Shown one piece after another: positions 40,621 to 53,475 of a stretch of DNA of 64,000 nucleotides (positions within the stretch are counted from its first letter, which is position 1; every line of letters begins with the position of its first letter). The notes beneath the pieces are model-generated. The model saw nothing but the letters and a program-made list of their open reading frames with translations, had not been told where the DNA came from and searched no databases. This DNA comes from the human T2T-CHM13v2.0 reference genome, Homo sapiens: assembly GCF_009914755.1 (NCBI RefSeq), contig NC_060927.1; one strand, written 5' to 3'. The translations under genes and the position numbers were made by a program.

Positions 40621-42844
40621 CTATTCTCAGGAGAAAAAAATACGTTAAGATGAAAACTTCGATTCATACGATGAGAGCAATCCTGGACAGGAGGTCACCC
40701 AGCCTCTGTTTGACACTCAATTTTGGGGACTCTGCAAGACAAATGCATTCTATTATTACACAACGCCAAGGTTAGAAAACCATCTGCTAACCCCTACTTT
40801 TTGTTGGAAATAGTTATGTCCTTTACATAAAAATTACACAGCCCTTGTTCATTTAAAAAGTGGAGGTCAGCAAAAAATTCCCTAATGATATCGCCCCAAA
40901 ATAATGATATCACCCCCCAAAATCCAGAATTTTTCAGTATATATATGTTTGTAAAATAAAAAAATAAGATTATACAAAACAGCTTATTTACTCAAAAGTA
41001 TATCATGAACATCTTTCCATGTCGTCCAGCACTTATTAGTTGGGTAAGAATTGTAGCAAAATTTACTCTGAACCCTCTGTGAATTGACATTAGGCCATTT
41101 CCACATAAAAATAGTCATTAAACAGCCATTTGGTGAGCGTCTCTCTTTACAGCTGCATGTTCTTTTCCACTCTAATTGTCAGGTGGAAAATTCGTACATT
41201 TTCTCTCAAAAAGTTCCAGGACAAATTGAAACAAAATATGAAAATCCATAAAGTGTATACAATTCCCTCCACAAATAAACAACAGATCAAAAGATTTTTT
41301 TCTGCTTTTAGTAGAGAAAGGGACAGACTAGATATGCTAAAAAGCTGTCCCTCTTCAAAACACCTAGAGGCCAGACAAATCTCAGTACAAGCCTTTCACA
41401 TTGCCTTGCTGGGCTTGCAGTGAAGTGAGAGAAATCTTCCAGTGGCCAATGAGGTGAGTAAAGGGGAACCCGCAGTGCTGGGCAAATGAAGAAACTAGGG
41501 CTCACCTGGGCACATGTAGATGGCAGGAACTTGCAGCTTTGAGATAAATTGCTAGGCAGGGTGGATAGAGACCAAGGATTAGGCTCACAAAAGGCAAATG
41601 TCTGGACTAAAGGACTCCCCTTCTGACCTAAACTTGAGACCCGCCCAGGGACTACACCCTCAGCGTGAAAAGGTGTGGCTGAAAATATCCGCCTACAGGC
41701 AGGGGTAAGCAACAAAGAAACCTGTCTCCATTGCTGCTTCTAGTCAGGAGAGAAACAGTCCCCCAGGAGTTGGTAGCCACAGACTAGTTCTAAGTTTTCA
41801 ATTTATGCCAACACCAGCATGGCTGGGAAATCCCAAGACAAGAAACTAAAGTGGTCTTAGGTTGGTGGGACTTCATGACCTTTTACTTTATTTATGTTCT
41901 TTTATTTGGAGGAAAAAGAGGATAAAATAATGATTAATTTTAGACTTTGCAAAGTGTTAGAAAAGTTATAACAGTAATGTAACCACTAAATCTGTAGAGA
42001 GGAAAAAAGGAATTTTTTAAAAACACAAACAAGCAAACAAACAAAACCCTTCATCAGTCAAAAAGAAGGCAAGAAAGGAGGGGTAAAAACAGGAAAAGTA
42101 GACAAATAACATGGTAGAAAATAATGCATACATATCAGTAATCACAATAAAAATAAATGGGCTTAAATGTGCCAGTTAAAATACAGGTATAGGTACACCT
42201 GAAAAAATGAAGACACAGAAAGACTCAAGGTGAAAAGAGTATAAATAAGCAAAGAATAACCAATAAAAGTTAAGGTAGACATACTCATGCCAGACAAAAG
42301 ATACTTTAAGGCAAAATGCACTATTAGGAAAAAAGAGTGACGAAAGCTTCAATTGTTTTTGATAAAATGATAAAAAGCTTCAATTGTTAAGACAATAACA
42401 ACAATTCTCAATGAGTATGCCACAGACATCACCATGGAGGAGTCTCATCATGCTAGGTGGAAAAGCAATATATTGTTTCTGGTGACATATATATGTTATA
42501 ATATTATAATAAAGAGTAAGGAATGATAAATACAAATTCAGAATGGTGGTTACCCCTGGTGGAGGAGGGAGAGGATGGAGAGGGATGTTATTAGGGAAAT
42601 ACAACAAGGGTCTCAGTACTATTAGTAATGCTCTATGTTTTAAGCTGGATGGTTGCTGTCTAGATGCTTGTTTCATTATTTTTATACTTCTACTTACATC
42701 ATGTATTTAATTTTGTCAGTATGAAATATTTCATCATTTAAAAAGTTACTCTTATAAGTTGTTTCTGATGACTTTTCAACCCATTTTATCTATCAAAGAG
42801 CAGTGCCTTATTTGCTCATGTTGTCTGCACATATATATATTCTT

Positions 42845-43500
42845 TTACTGTGTTAAAAATACATACAATTTACCATTTTAAATGTACAGTTCAGTGTCAT
42901 TAAGTACATTCACATTGTTGTGCCACAATCACCACCAGCCATCTCCAGAACTTTTTCATCTTCACTAGCTGAAACTCTGTACCCATTAAGTACTAACTCC
43001 CTATTCTCCTTCCCCACAGCTCCTGGCAACCACCATTCTTCTATCTTCATGAATTTGACTATCATATAAAATCATATGGCATATAATATTTGTCCCTTTG
43101 TGTGTGGTTTATTTCGCTTAGCACAATGTCTTCAGGTTCATTCATGTGGTAGCATGTGTCAGAATTTCCTTTTTTTTGGATCCATAGTCAGATGTGTTAC
43201 CCATTGCACCACTGGCCCCAAGCTGAGAATTTCCTTGTTCTTAAGGCTGAATACTATTTTGCTAGATGTACCACAATTTTATCCATTCATAGGTCAATGG
43301 ACAGTCGGATCATTTCCACATTTTAGCTATTGTGAATAATGCTGCTATGAACATAGGTATACAAATATGTGTTCAAGTCCTTGCTTTAAATTGTGTTGGG
43401 TATATATACCCAGAAGTGGAATGGATGGATCATATGGTAATTGTATTTTAATTTTTTGAGGAACTGCCACACTGTTTTCCACAGCGGCTGCACCATTTTC
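42845..43500 (-). mobile_element. L1MB-like 3' fragment (host of the tRNA-half insertion)
   Basis: GTACATTCACATTGTTGTG...TTTTGAGGAACTGCCACACTGTTTTCCACAGCGGCTGCACCATTTT. Confidence 0.85.
43172..43225 (-). pseudogene. Retroposed 5' half of tRNA-Arg(ACG) with a short A tail, inserted in an old L1
   Basis: Minus strand GGGCCAGTGGTGCAATGGGTAACACATCTGACTATGGATC versus tRNA-Arg-ACG GGGCCAGTGGCGCAATGGATAACGCGTCTGACTACGGATC (40 nt, 5 differences, 4 at CpGs). TSD AGAATTTCCTT at 43161-43171 and 43226-43236. Confidence 0.85.
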
Positions 43501-45859
43501 TGTGTCCATGTATTTTGACAGGATCTTTTGGTTGTGCAATTGTTTAATTTCTCTCCTGGAGTCTCAGATAATCTCGTGTAAACGAAAAGATGCCCCAATC
43601 CTAATTAAGGAAGCTTCCATGACAACAGTAACAATGTTAACCCTTAGTCAGTATAGAGCAAACTTAAGTAAAGCCTTTACTTCATCCCATTGCTGTTTCT
43701 AACAATTGGTCTGCAAGCTCTTTTCATTTTGGGGCAAGGAATCTCTTGTAAGTTTTCCATACCCATTGTCTTTCTCAGGGGTTGGTCCTTCTTTAACCTC
43801 TTGCAGTTTTTTTTTCTCTTCTCATCATTCTATTTTTCCCTTAAAAGTTATCAATTATATCTATTAATTTATTGTAAGTGCCAGGTGCACTCATAACAGG
43901 ACCAGTACTGTGCTAAGTACAGGACCATACATTTTTCTCAAGTAATCCTCAAAATATCCCTATGGGGTAGAATATATTAGCATTATTTCACAGATGATGA
44001 AACTAGAAAAGATAACAGAACTTTTGCAATGACATATAATAAGTGACAGAGGCAGGATTTGAATACACATAGTCTGACATGGGAGGTGGCCTGCTAGACA
44101 TGACAATTCTTTCCTTCTTGAGACTTTCTCTTCCTTTGATAGCATACGCCATTCTTGTGTGTCTATTTTCCTCAGCATTGCTCCTTTGCCTCCTTCCATA
44201 ATTCCTCTTCCTCCTTCCTTGCTCTGAGGAAAAGTTAGCGATCTTCCCCCAACTCAGGTCTTCAGCATTCTTTCTGTTGCTCTTCTTGGAGAGCTCGCAG
44301 CCTCTTCACGGCTTTATCTACGACAAAACTGTGTGGATTGCACTTGTTTTCCCATCTTTGACCTCTCGCCTTGTGCTTCTATTTCATACTTCCCATTGCC
44401 TCCAGGACACTTCACTAGAATCCATTGTCCATCTCCCAACTAAATCTCTCTCCCAGGTTCTTCTCTGAACATGATACCACTAATCTCTCAGTCCTTTGGC
44501 CTCAAAGTCTGAGAGTCATCCATTTTCTTCAGTCTGCTGAATCTCACTAAATCCCACTATTTCCTTTGAAATGTGTCTTCAATTAATCCCTTTCTATTTC
44601 TACTCCTGTGTCTCTGGCTCAGCCCCTTATCACCTATTGTGCAGCCTCCTGACTAGTCTCCCTGTCTCAGGTCATTCTCTGGCCTGTCCTGTTCAGTGTG
44701 TCCAGATCTATCTTCCAAGTTGCTTTTTATAGTCAGAGAGCACTGCTCACAAAATGACAATCATATCCTGACTTTCAAGGTTTTCTATGATTTGTACCTA
44801 TAATTCTAAACTAAAAATTTTCCGCTACTCTTTACCAACACAAATTTCCTATACAGTCTGCTCTGGCCACTTTCCAAAAAAAAAAATTATATATCCAAAG
44901 CTTAACACTGTCTCGCCCACTGTTAACAGTAATCTATCCTTCTTTTCTCTCTTCCCCTCAGTATTTTGCTAATTCTAGCCGGCTTACTTGAAGTGCCCTT
45001 CTTCTTTCATCTGCTTAAACCCTATACTTCCCCAGGGTTTTTCATACTGTGCCATAGGCCTTCCTAGAAAACTTGGATATCATCAAATATTGTTTGTAGT
45101 ATGCATTTTACCACTCAATCCTCTTCTGCCTTTCATTGCTCTCTAAAGCTGAGCTCCCCACTAGAGGCCATGGCAGAATGGGCTACAGGTGTGCCATGAA
45201 AGATTGATGGTTGTAAACTTTTTATAGTAATACAAAATGTACAACCACTTACAAACTTACAACAGTTGAAATTATATTTGGATACTGTTTGGCACAGTCA
45301 GTAAACTTCCAGATTTCATTACCTATTGTTTCTGTGCCGAAGGTTTTATGTATAACACCTGCTGCCAGAGACGCCTTTATAGGGCTTTTCCTTTCAACCA
45401 TCTTGTTAAAACAATCCCTGTACGTTGGATTATTACTTTAATTGCAATGCATTTATTATCAGTGACAATGATAATCTTTATGCATATGTGTTGCAAATAC
45501 TTAGCTCTACTTTTGATTTAATTTTCTCTTATTTTTCACATTATTTTCTCCTAACAAAGAAGTTATATGATTTTTCTTCATCATCACCATCACCATCATC
45601 ATCATCATTTGTCCCTAAGAAAACAGTAGATTTTGTTCACTTTTTTTCCCATTGTGACTTGATTTGTTTGTGACTTATTTATTCTTGGCTTTTGATGTTA
45701 AACAAATATCCAAAATCTGATACTTAATGGACTTTTGTAATGACTTGTTTGTTTACAAAAATAATAAACATTTGCCTCTAAAAAAATAATAGAAAATAAT
45801 TTAATGATTTAGTAAAGGAGACTCTAGGCCTTCAGTAAAGTCTTATAAAAATATTTTTT

Positions 45860-46118
45860 GGCTGGGTGCAGTGGTTCACGCCAGTAAACCCAACACTTTG
45901 GGAGGCTGAGGTGGGCGGATCACTTGAGCTCAGTTCAAGACCAGCCTGGGCAACATGGTGAAACCCTGTCTGTACTAAAAATACAAAAATTAGCCGGGCA
46001 TGGTGGCACATGCCTATAGTCCCAGCTACTCAGGAGGCTGAGTTGGGAGGATGAGGTTGCAATGAGCCAAGATCACACCGCTGTACTCTAGCCTGGGTGA
46101 CAGAGCAAGACCTTGTCT

Positions 46119-46150
<32 letters not shown>
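45860..46150 (+). mobile_element. Alu with internal deletions and a 31-nt A tail
   Basis: GGCTGGGTGCAGTGG...GACCTTGTCTC(A)31. Confidence 0.93.
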
Positions 46151-46152
<2 letters not shown>

Positions 46153-46499
46153 CAAAATATTTAAATTATACTTGAAATAAATGATATTTATATTTTGTGA
46201 AAATCTAGAATTGTAATTACTAAATTAAATAATGTTTCCAAAATTCCCCCTTTACTTACCAAATGCTTAAGTTTTCAAAAATTTCATGTGATTTATTTAA
46301 AAATATTCTTAAGGACAGCCATATTTTCTTTGAAAACTGATTTGTTGTAGTCAAAAAGGCCTATAGTCTCCTTAAGTACTTTATATATATTATTTACTTT
46401 CCATCATAAAAGGTAATTTAAAATTAAATATTAATAATTTTTATTAATATTATTACAAAAATGGTTTCCAAAGTCCTCAGGGACATACAAAAGTTCCTG

Positions 46500-47620
46500 A
46501 AATGACCACACAGTGGCAGAGGCAAGGCAGCTATTGTGGGGAGCAGGGGTCCCTGATGGAGACTGTGTGTGCTGTTGCACTGGAGGTGGTGTTGAATGGG
46601 GGTGGGGTGCTGGCCGGTGCAAGTCCAGGTGACTTCTCTGTGTCCTGCAAGCAGGGGTGGTTGCTTAGGGTGGAGGAGGATCTGCTGTTCTCTGCACAGT
46701 GTTAGCACGAGGGAAGGTGTTGGCAGGGGTGGTGCTTGCTGGTTCTGTACCCTCCAAGGCTCTGTCTGCAGTGGCAGTCAGTGGGGGTCAGCAGGGGTGG
46801 ACTACACTCTTGTGTGCTGGCGGGGCAAGTAAAACAAAACCTGCCTGTGCAGACATGGGCCAGCAAAGTGATGTGGGTAGTTGTTGTGGGCTCAGGGAAG
46901 CTGTAGTATGGGGAGGGAAAGTACTGGCTGCAGCATGCAGCCATAGGGGCCACCTTGCTGGAGCTCTCCACTGATCAGGCATGGTCCACCAGTGCAGAAG
47001 CTATGGTGTGGACCCCCAAGGCACCTGAGACTGCCCTGTAAGCAGGCATGGCCAGGCTTGTGCCTGGAAGAGGCCAGCAGACCAAGGGGTGCTCAGATCA
47101 GACCAGCCCCATCTGATGAACAAGACCGCCCTGCAGAGATCAGGTCCAACAGTTCCCCTACAGCTAAAGTCTCTTATTGGAGCAAGTTGAGCCTAGTGGA
47201 ATGGCCATCCCTGGCCATGCTGTACTACAAACACTCCCACACCAAACTCTCTGGGGTCCACATCAGCTGGCTTGCTGCCCTACTTCTCTAAGCAGCTCTC
47301 CCTGCCACCTCAAGTTTCTGTGGTGACTGAGGGGTCCCCTCCTTCCAGGGTTCCAGTGGACCCTGGTGAGAGCAGGTTGCTCCTTGCTAGTTCAACTCAC
47401 TCGTTCCCCCAGAGCTGTTGTGGTTCAAAAATGAGCTTCAGTGTATGGTAGCCTGTATGGGGTTCCCAGCTTTCTCCCCCTTCAGCCAAGCTTCTGTGCC
47501 TTCCCTCTGTCCACTGTCTGTGCCTTCCCTCTGAAGACATGTTAAAAGCACTCCAGTCATCTCAGTTCCTCTGTGGGAGCTGTTCCACTTGTCTGCGTCT
47601 AGTTGGCCATCTTGCCCTCC
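46500..47620 (-). mobile_element. Isolated 5' UTR of an old primate L1 (L1PA13-16/L1PB-type)
   Basis: GC-rich block whose minus-strand start GGCAAGATGGCCAACTAGACGCAG resembles old L1 5' ends (YY1 motif AAGATGGCC). Confidence 0.7.
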
Positions 47621-48284
47621 AATAAAATTTCTTAACCACTCATGTTTTTACATAACTCTGAAAAACGTTTAATGGATCTTCATCTCTTTTCTTATAAAAA
47701 TTATGCCCTGTCTGACTTTCAAGATCTCCCCAATTTGCCTTATTCGTATTAACTTTCCTTCTTCAACTGTGTTTCACAGAAGCCTGGATCTTTTTCTATC
47801 CTGAGACAAACCCATGGCCAAGTCAACACAGCATTTGGATGCCAACAGCAATATTGCTAAGAGCAGTCCTACTTGACCTTGTCCTTTTTTTGAGTAGTAG
47901 TTTTTGGCTTTATTAGCAAATTTCCCAAACTTGCTTATATATCATGCTAGTATTACCTCTTGAAAGCATGAGTTCTACATGTTTATTATTTAACAAATGA
48001 ATAGGTACCTCTTTTGGTTTATCTAAGCCATGCTCATATTTCAAAGATTTCCCTCGTGTTCATTCGCATCATCATCCACAATTCTAGGGACACATGGCTC
48101 ATTTACAGACTGGCATGTAAACTATGTCCTGTAAAGTTGTGCAACATGGTTCCCTGATTTGGGGACCTGGTGTACACACTTGGGTCACCTTAGCCCTGTC
48201 TTATATAAGAGTATGAAAGTCTTTATTAAGAGTAAGTGTCATAATACCCCACACCATTTTCATCTTTTACTTGTCCTTCCTACA

Positions 48285-48493
<209 letters not shown>

Positions 48494-50402
48494 ACAATCA
48501 GGTCAGAAGGACAATCAGAAGTTGTCCTTCCTACTTCTGATTTCATTATAGCATTCCTGTGAGTCAGAGATTTAAAACCTACAAGCAAGGGCTCTGAGGG
48601 GGTGAATGCACTATAGTTTCCAATATAAGATTAGGGCTATGTTTCTCTTCAGTTTCCATTACCATTCCTGATGATATTCAGCATTGCACTGGCCTTTTCC
48701 AAAGCAAAACATAGGGCTGCTATCCTTCGTAGCTAGTTGTGGCATAACATCTAGAGGGCAGATGAAGCTGTAGTGAAGAAGCACTCTTGACTGTGAGGCA
48801 GGAGTCCAGGATTTTGGCCCTGGGTCTATTTATGACTAATTATGTGATCCTTAGGAAATCATTAATCTGACAAAATTTATGTGTTTTATTGGAATTGTGC
48901 TGAATACTGGGATACATGAATAAATAAGTCACACACTCTGCTTCATGGAGCTCACAGTCCAGTGGAAGAGAGTGACAGGAAAATCAGTGACTCAAAGAAG
49001 GTATAATAAGTGTCAAGAAGCCTGCACTAGATATAGAAGAACAGAAGAAAAACAGAAGAAAAACTCTTGGATGAGGCATCTAACATCTGCAGGTATTAGA
49101 AGGAGGTCAGAAAATACTTTTCAAAGAGTGGTGATATCTGAGATATCTGAACTGAGACTTGGAAAAACCTGGTTTGTTCATTGCTGTACTGCAAGCCCTC
49201 AGAAGACAGCCGGGTACAGGGCAGGTATTCAGTAAGCATATGTGTACTTATGAGAGTAAGGAGAGAATTTCATGTAGGTAGAAGGACTTAGGCAAAGATG
49301 TGGGGTTGTCAGAAACGTGACAAGTTCAGGGAACTGTAATTATGGAGCTCTAAAGTGGACAAAGCAGGAGTGGTTGGGCCTAAGGCTGGAAATATAGCTC
49401 AAGGCTTGGGCTTTTGAACTTTTTGTTGAAGGCAATGGGGAACCACTAGAAAATTTAAGCACAAGAGTCACACAATCAGTGTTAGCTTTAGGTCCGGTTA
49501 TCAATATTTGCCTCTCAGCTCCAAATTCACCTTGTATTGCCTCCTCCACAAAAATTGAACTAGGTCCTTTAACATTTTTTCCCTTGTCAGCTGTCATAAG
49601 GATATGCTTTGTTAGGACAGGGCACTGGAAGGACTGGAGGAGGAAGAGGTTTCTCTTAGGAATTTAGGTATGCTCTTCTTGCTAGGCTCCAGGAACTTGT
49701 AGTTTCTCCTATGCTGGGATCCTGTAGCACACAGCTTTTCTAGCATCTGTTTCATGCAGTGTGTGATCTTTTGAGTGCCCAACTGCTGGAGTACACAGTG
49801 GCTATCAGTGCTCCATGGCTAGCAGTGTCCCCTGGCACCTCTCTTGGGAAGCTCTATAGCAGAGTGCTGTCAGTGAGTTACCTTTTAGTGAATGGCTTCT
49901 CTGGTGTTTCAGAGAGTAAATTTTGCCTGCCTGGCACCTCAGCAATTTCTCTGCTCTCCAGTCAGCTGTGGCCATCCCCTATGCACCAAGCTCTGGGAAA
50001 GGTTTCTTCCTTGGGTGATCTATCTCAGGGGTAGTGGTTGCCCCTTATATCTGTGATTCCTGTATATTTTAGATCTCTCCTGACATATTAGCCAATCCTT
50101 CATTACTCCAATCCCATCATTAACAATTCTTTATATTGAACTTCTCTTGTTAAATTATATGCTCAAAAAATTACTATATGATTTATTTCTCTTTGTTGGA
50201 CTCTGAAACACGTTGACTGACAGCTGTGTGGATGAGCTGAAGAGAGGATGGTGAAGCTTCAGGCAGGGAGCCAGGTTAGGAGAATATGGCAGCACTTTTG
50301 ACAACTCCCAGGAGCTTCACTGCCTTGAAAAGTAGTTGCAATAGGGAGTGATATAAGAGACAAGTATTTAGGAGATAGGATCTACAGGATTTGGTAACTA
50401 CT

Positions 50403-50480
50403 GAAGGAGGAGGAGGAGGAAGAAAAGAGGAGGTGGAGGAGGAGGAAGAAGAGAAGGTGGAGAAGGAGGAAGAGGTGAAG
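50403..50480. repeat. Purine-rich (GAG/GAA)n tract
   Basis: GGAGGAGGAGGAAGAAAAGAGGAGG... run. Confidence 0.85.
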
Positions 50481-50941
50481 GACAGAAAAGTCTAGAGTGA
50501 CTATCAGTTTTCAAGCTTGGATGACTGGGTGCACAGTGGTGGTACCCTTGTAGAAATAGAAAACACTAAAGGAGGGTCAGGTCAAATTATCCCCCCATGT
50601 TCCCATTTACTTTCAGGAGTTCCATGCACTTTTGAATCACAGAGTTGAAATCATAGACTCTCTGAGTTGAAGAGGCACCAAAGCCCAGCTTTCCTGCCTT
50701 TGGGCAATAAGGGTCATTTGTTCACATCAAAGAAGTGGGAGAAAGGTCCATTCTATCTTAACATTCCTCAATTCTAACATTTTGTAAAGTTATTTTCCAT
50801 TTTTAAATCTCTTGATAGTGTAGGTCTTCTTCAATTATACATTCCAGAGCTTATCCATAACCCCAACTCTTTCAATTCAATGCATTTCCTCCTAAGTGAA
50901 ACCTACATGCCTCTCAATGTAAAATGGAGGCCAACATATAC

Positions 50942-51300
50942 CTGCCAAGTGCTGAAGAATGTAGGTCTTAAAATAGACTATAGCCTTGTTTCAGGGATCT
51001 CTCACTTGGTTTTATTGGTATGGGCTAAACAGGGCTTCCGTTTCATAAATGAAAGTCTCCAGTAACATGAATGAAAGGCTCCAGGGCAGAATCTCAGAGG
51101 GTTTCTATGAGTATCACTTGGAACCAAGCACAGGCAACTGCACATCCCTGTTTGGGTTTGGAATTGGAGATGGTGGGTTTGGGATGTGGTTACTCTTGTT
51201 TGGAATACATTCTCCTCCTCTTAACAGGTTGATTCTTCCTTTGGAGGTCTGCTTAACCTTCCCTGATTACCCTGTCAGTTCCATTGTACATACCCTTCCA
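50942..51300 (-). other. ROPN1: Probable ROPN1 non-coding 5' UTR exon (5' boundary uncertain)
   Basis: Donor GGCAG|gtatat at 50942 in unique sequence. The first coding exon has an acceptor, so an upstream exon is required. Consistent with my recollection of the mRNA 5' UTR. Confidence 0.5.
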
Positions 51301-51461
51301 GAGCATCACTTACCTATCCTTAGTGTGATTCTTTGAGTAACATGTGTCTCCCCCAGCAAACTCCACGGCAGGACTGGTCAGTTTTTGCTCACCACACCAT
51401 CCCAGTGCCTAGCCCAGTGCCTGGAACTTAGTGTTCAATAGGTACTAGTAAAAATGAATGC

Positions 51462-51686
51462 GTGATAGCAGTCTATGAAGTGCTAGCTATAAAATGAACA
51501 CGTGATAGGAGTCTATGAAGTGCTAGGTATAAAATAATGCGTGATAGGAGTCTATGAAGTGCTAGGTATAAAATAATATGTGATAGGAGTCTATGAAGTG
51601 CCAGGTATAAAATAATGCCTGACAGGAGTCTATGAAGTGCTAGGTATAAAATAATGTGTGATAGGAGTCTATGAAGTGCTAGGTAT
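51462..51686. repeat. 39-bp minisatellite, about 5.7 copies
   Basis: Unit GTGATAGGAGTCTATGAAGTGCTAGGTATAAAATAATGC repeated with few substitutions. Confidence 0.95.
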
Positions 51687-51949
51687 GCCCATTGGTCCAC
51701 ATGACAATTCACCCAGAGGTATTTTTATATCCCTGTCGCTGATGAAAAAGCAGAGGTGTGGCTCCTCGGTGGAGGGCTCTGATTCCAAACTCTTGAGCCT
51801 CCCAACCACTGTCCTCCGGGTAAGAAACCGTATAATAGTATTCTGGGTACAAAATACGCACACAAATTGGCCAGAAAGCCATAATCCCCCACAGTCACAT
51901 TCTCTTGAAGATCCCCTTGCCTTCCCCTTGCCCTGTGAACAAGGAGAGG

Positions 51950-52520
51950 CTCAGAATCCAGGGGGCGTCCGGCAGGGCTCCTCCCTCAGACCAGCGCAGC
52001 CCTCGGGGCGCTCAGAGCCCTGCCCTCCCTCCACTTCCCCTCGGGGTGGCTACCTCAGGCTCGCTCCCAAACCGGCTGTCTGGCTTCAGGCGACACCTGG
52101 CGCCTGGCCTCAGGCGAGAGGTGTGGGGAGAGACCGAGTGCCTCCCACCCTTCTTAAGAAGGAGAGCAGTAGAACCTCGGCGGGGAGGGCAGCAGCGGCC
52201 GGGGGTGACAGCAGCGGCGGGGCACGACCGCCGTTAGCGTTAGACGTTAGCGCTCCGCCTTCGCCTGGCAAACCCTGCGCGGGCTCCGCTGCCAGGTCAC
52301 CAGGGGTAGCGCCGGGCGCGACGTCACAGAGCCGCCCCGCCTCTCCTGCAGCGGCGGGTTCCCAGGGTCCCGCTAGGGCGCTGCTAGGGGACGCTGAAAG
52401 CTGTTTTGGGCTTTGCTGGTGGTGGAAGGACCAGACGGCCTGGAGGGTTAAGGACTGGGCTGGGGACGTTAGGAAACCCGGGCTGGGGGCGTTGGGGGTG
52501 GGGCGGAATGTGTAGCCATT
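51950..52520 (-). promoter_or_regulatory. ROPN1: CpG-island promoter of ROPN1, with a probable alternative first exon ending at donor GAG|gtagcc (52054)
   Basis: CpG-dense. CRE-like TGACGTCG (minus strand, 52319-52326), GC box at 52331-52341, RFX X-box-like GCTGCTAGGGGAC at 52380-52392. Confidence 0.7.
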
Positions 52521-53136
52521 GACGGTGCGCTTTTGTAGGTGAGAGGGCAGAAGTGGAGCTTGATCTTTCGGCTTGTGGAAAGTGGACAGGTGAGAATTCC
52601 TCAGGAATCATAGTAACAACACTTCTTACAATGAGTTTTTGGTGCCAGGAATTGTTCTAAGTGCATTACACACATGAACTCATTTCATCCTTACTGTCAC
52701 CCCATGAGGCAAGTACTATTGTTATCCCCATTTTTACAGATGAGGGAACTGAGCACAGAGAGGTTAAACTTGTCCAAGATGACAGTCAGCAAGTGACAGA
52801 GTCAGGATCTGAATCTGGGTTGCGTGGTCCCAGATTCCTCACTCTTGACCTTATAATGCTAAGAAAGGGGCATGGAGTGGATAGGAACAGAGCCTGAGAT
52901 GCCTGGGGACAACAGGGAAAGATAGAAAATATTTATAGGGTAGAATGTGGTCACTGTGCCAGGGCACTTTTACAAACATGATGACATCAAAGTTTCACAG
53001 TAAACTCTGAAGGTAGGTATTACCTTCGCTTTGGAAATAAAAAACAGGCTCAAGGCTTCGAGTAATTTTGCCTGTGATCGAACAGCTGGCAGTAGGGCTC
53101 AGGGCCCAACTTTACTCCAGGTCTTCCGGTTTCAAG

Positions 53137-53138
<2 letters not shown>

Positions 53139-53192
<54 letters not shown>
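53139..53192. repeat. (TG)27 microsatellite in an Alu tail
   Basis: Perfect dinucleotide run abutting the Alu 3' end. Confidence 0.95.
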
Positions 53193-53196
<4 letters not shown>

Positions 53197-53475
53197 GAGA
53201 CAGGGTCTTGCTCTGTTGCCCAGGCTGGAGTGCAATGGGGTAATCATGACTCACTGCAGCCTCAATCTCCTAGGTCTAAGCAATCCTCCCACCTCAGCCT
53301 CCCAAGTAGCTGAGACTGCAGGTGCTTGCCACGATGACAGGCTAATTTTTATATTTTTATAAACGGGGTTTTGCCATGTTGCCCAGGCTGGTCTTGAATC
53401 CCTGGGCTCAAGTGATCCACCTGCCTTGGTCTCCCAAAGTATTGGGATTACAGGTTTGAGCTACCGCACCTGGTC
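53193..53475 (-). mobile_element. AluJ
   Basis: GAGACAGGGTCTTGCTCTG...GCAGCCTCAATCTCCTAGG; TSD TCAAGACTGT. Confidence 0.92.

Noticed and set aside
51473-51712. ORF with YLALHRLLSHIIL repeats, and a CRISPR-like look
   Set aside because: Artefact of a 39-bp (13-codon) tandem repeat. There are no unique spacers and the context is eukaryotic.
51658-52515. 285-aa + strand ORF
   Set aside because: Starts in the VNTR at a non-ATG codon and crosses a GC-rich CpG island where stop codons are rare. It is low-complexity Pro/Ala/Gly/Ser with no recognisable domain.
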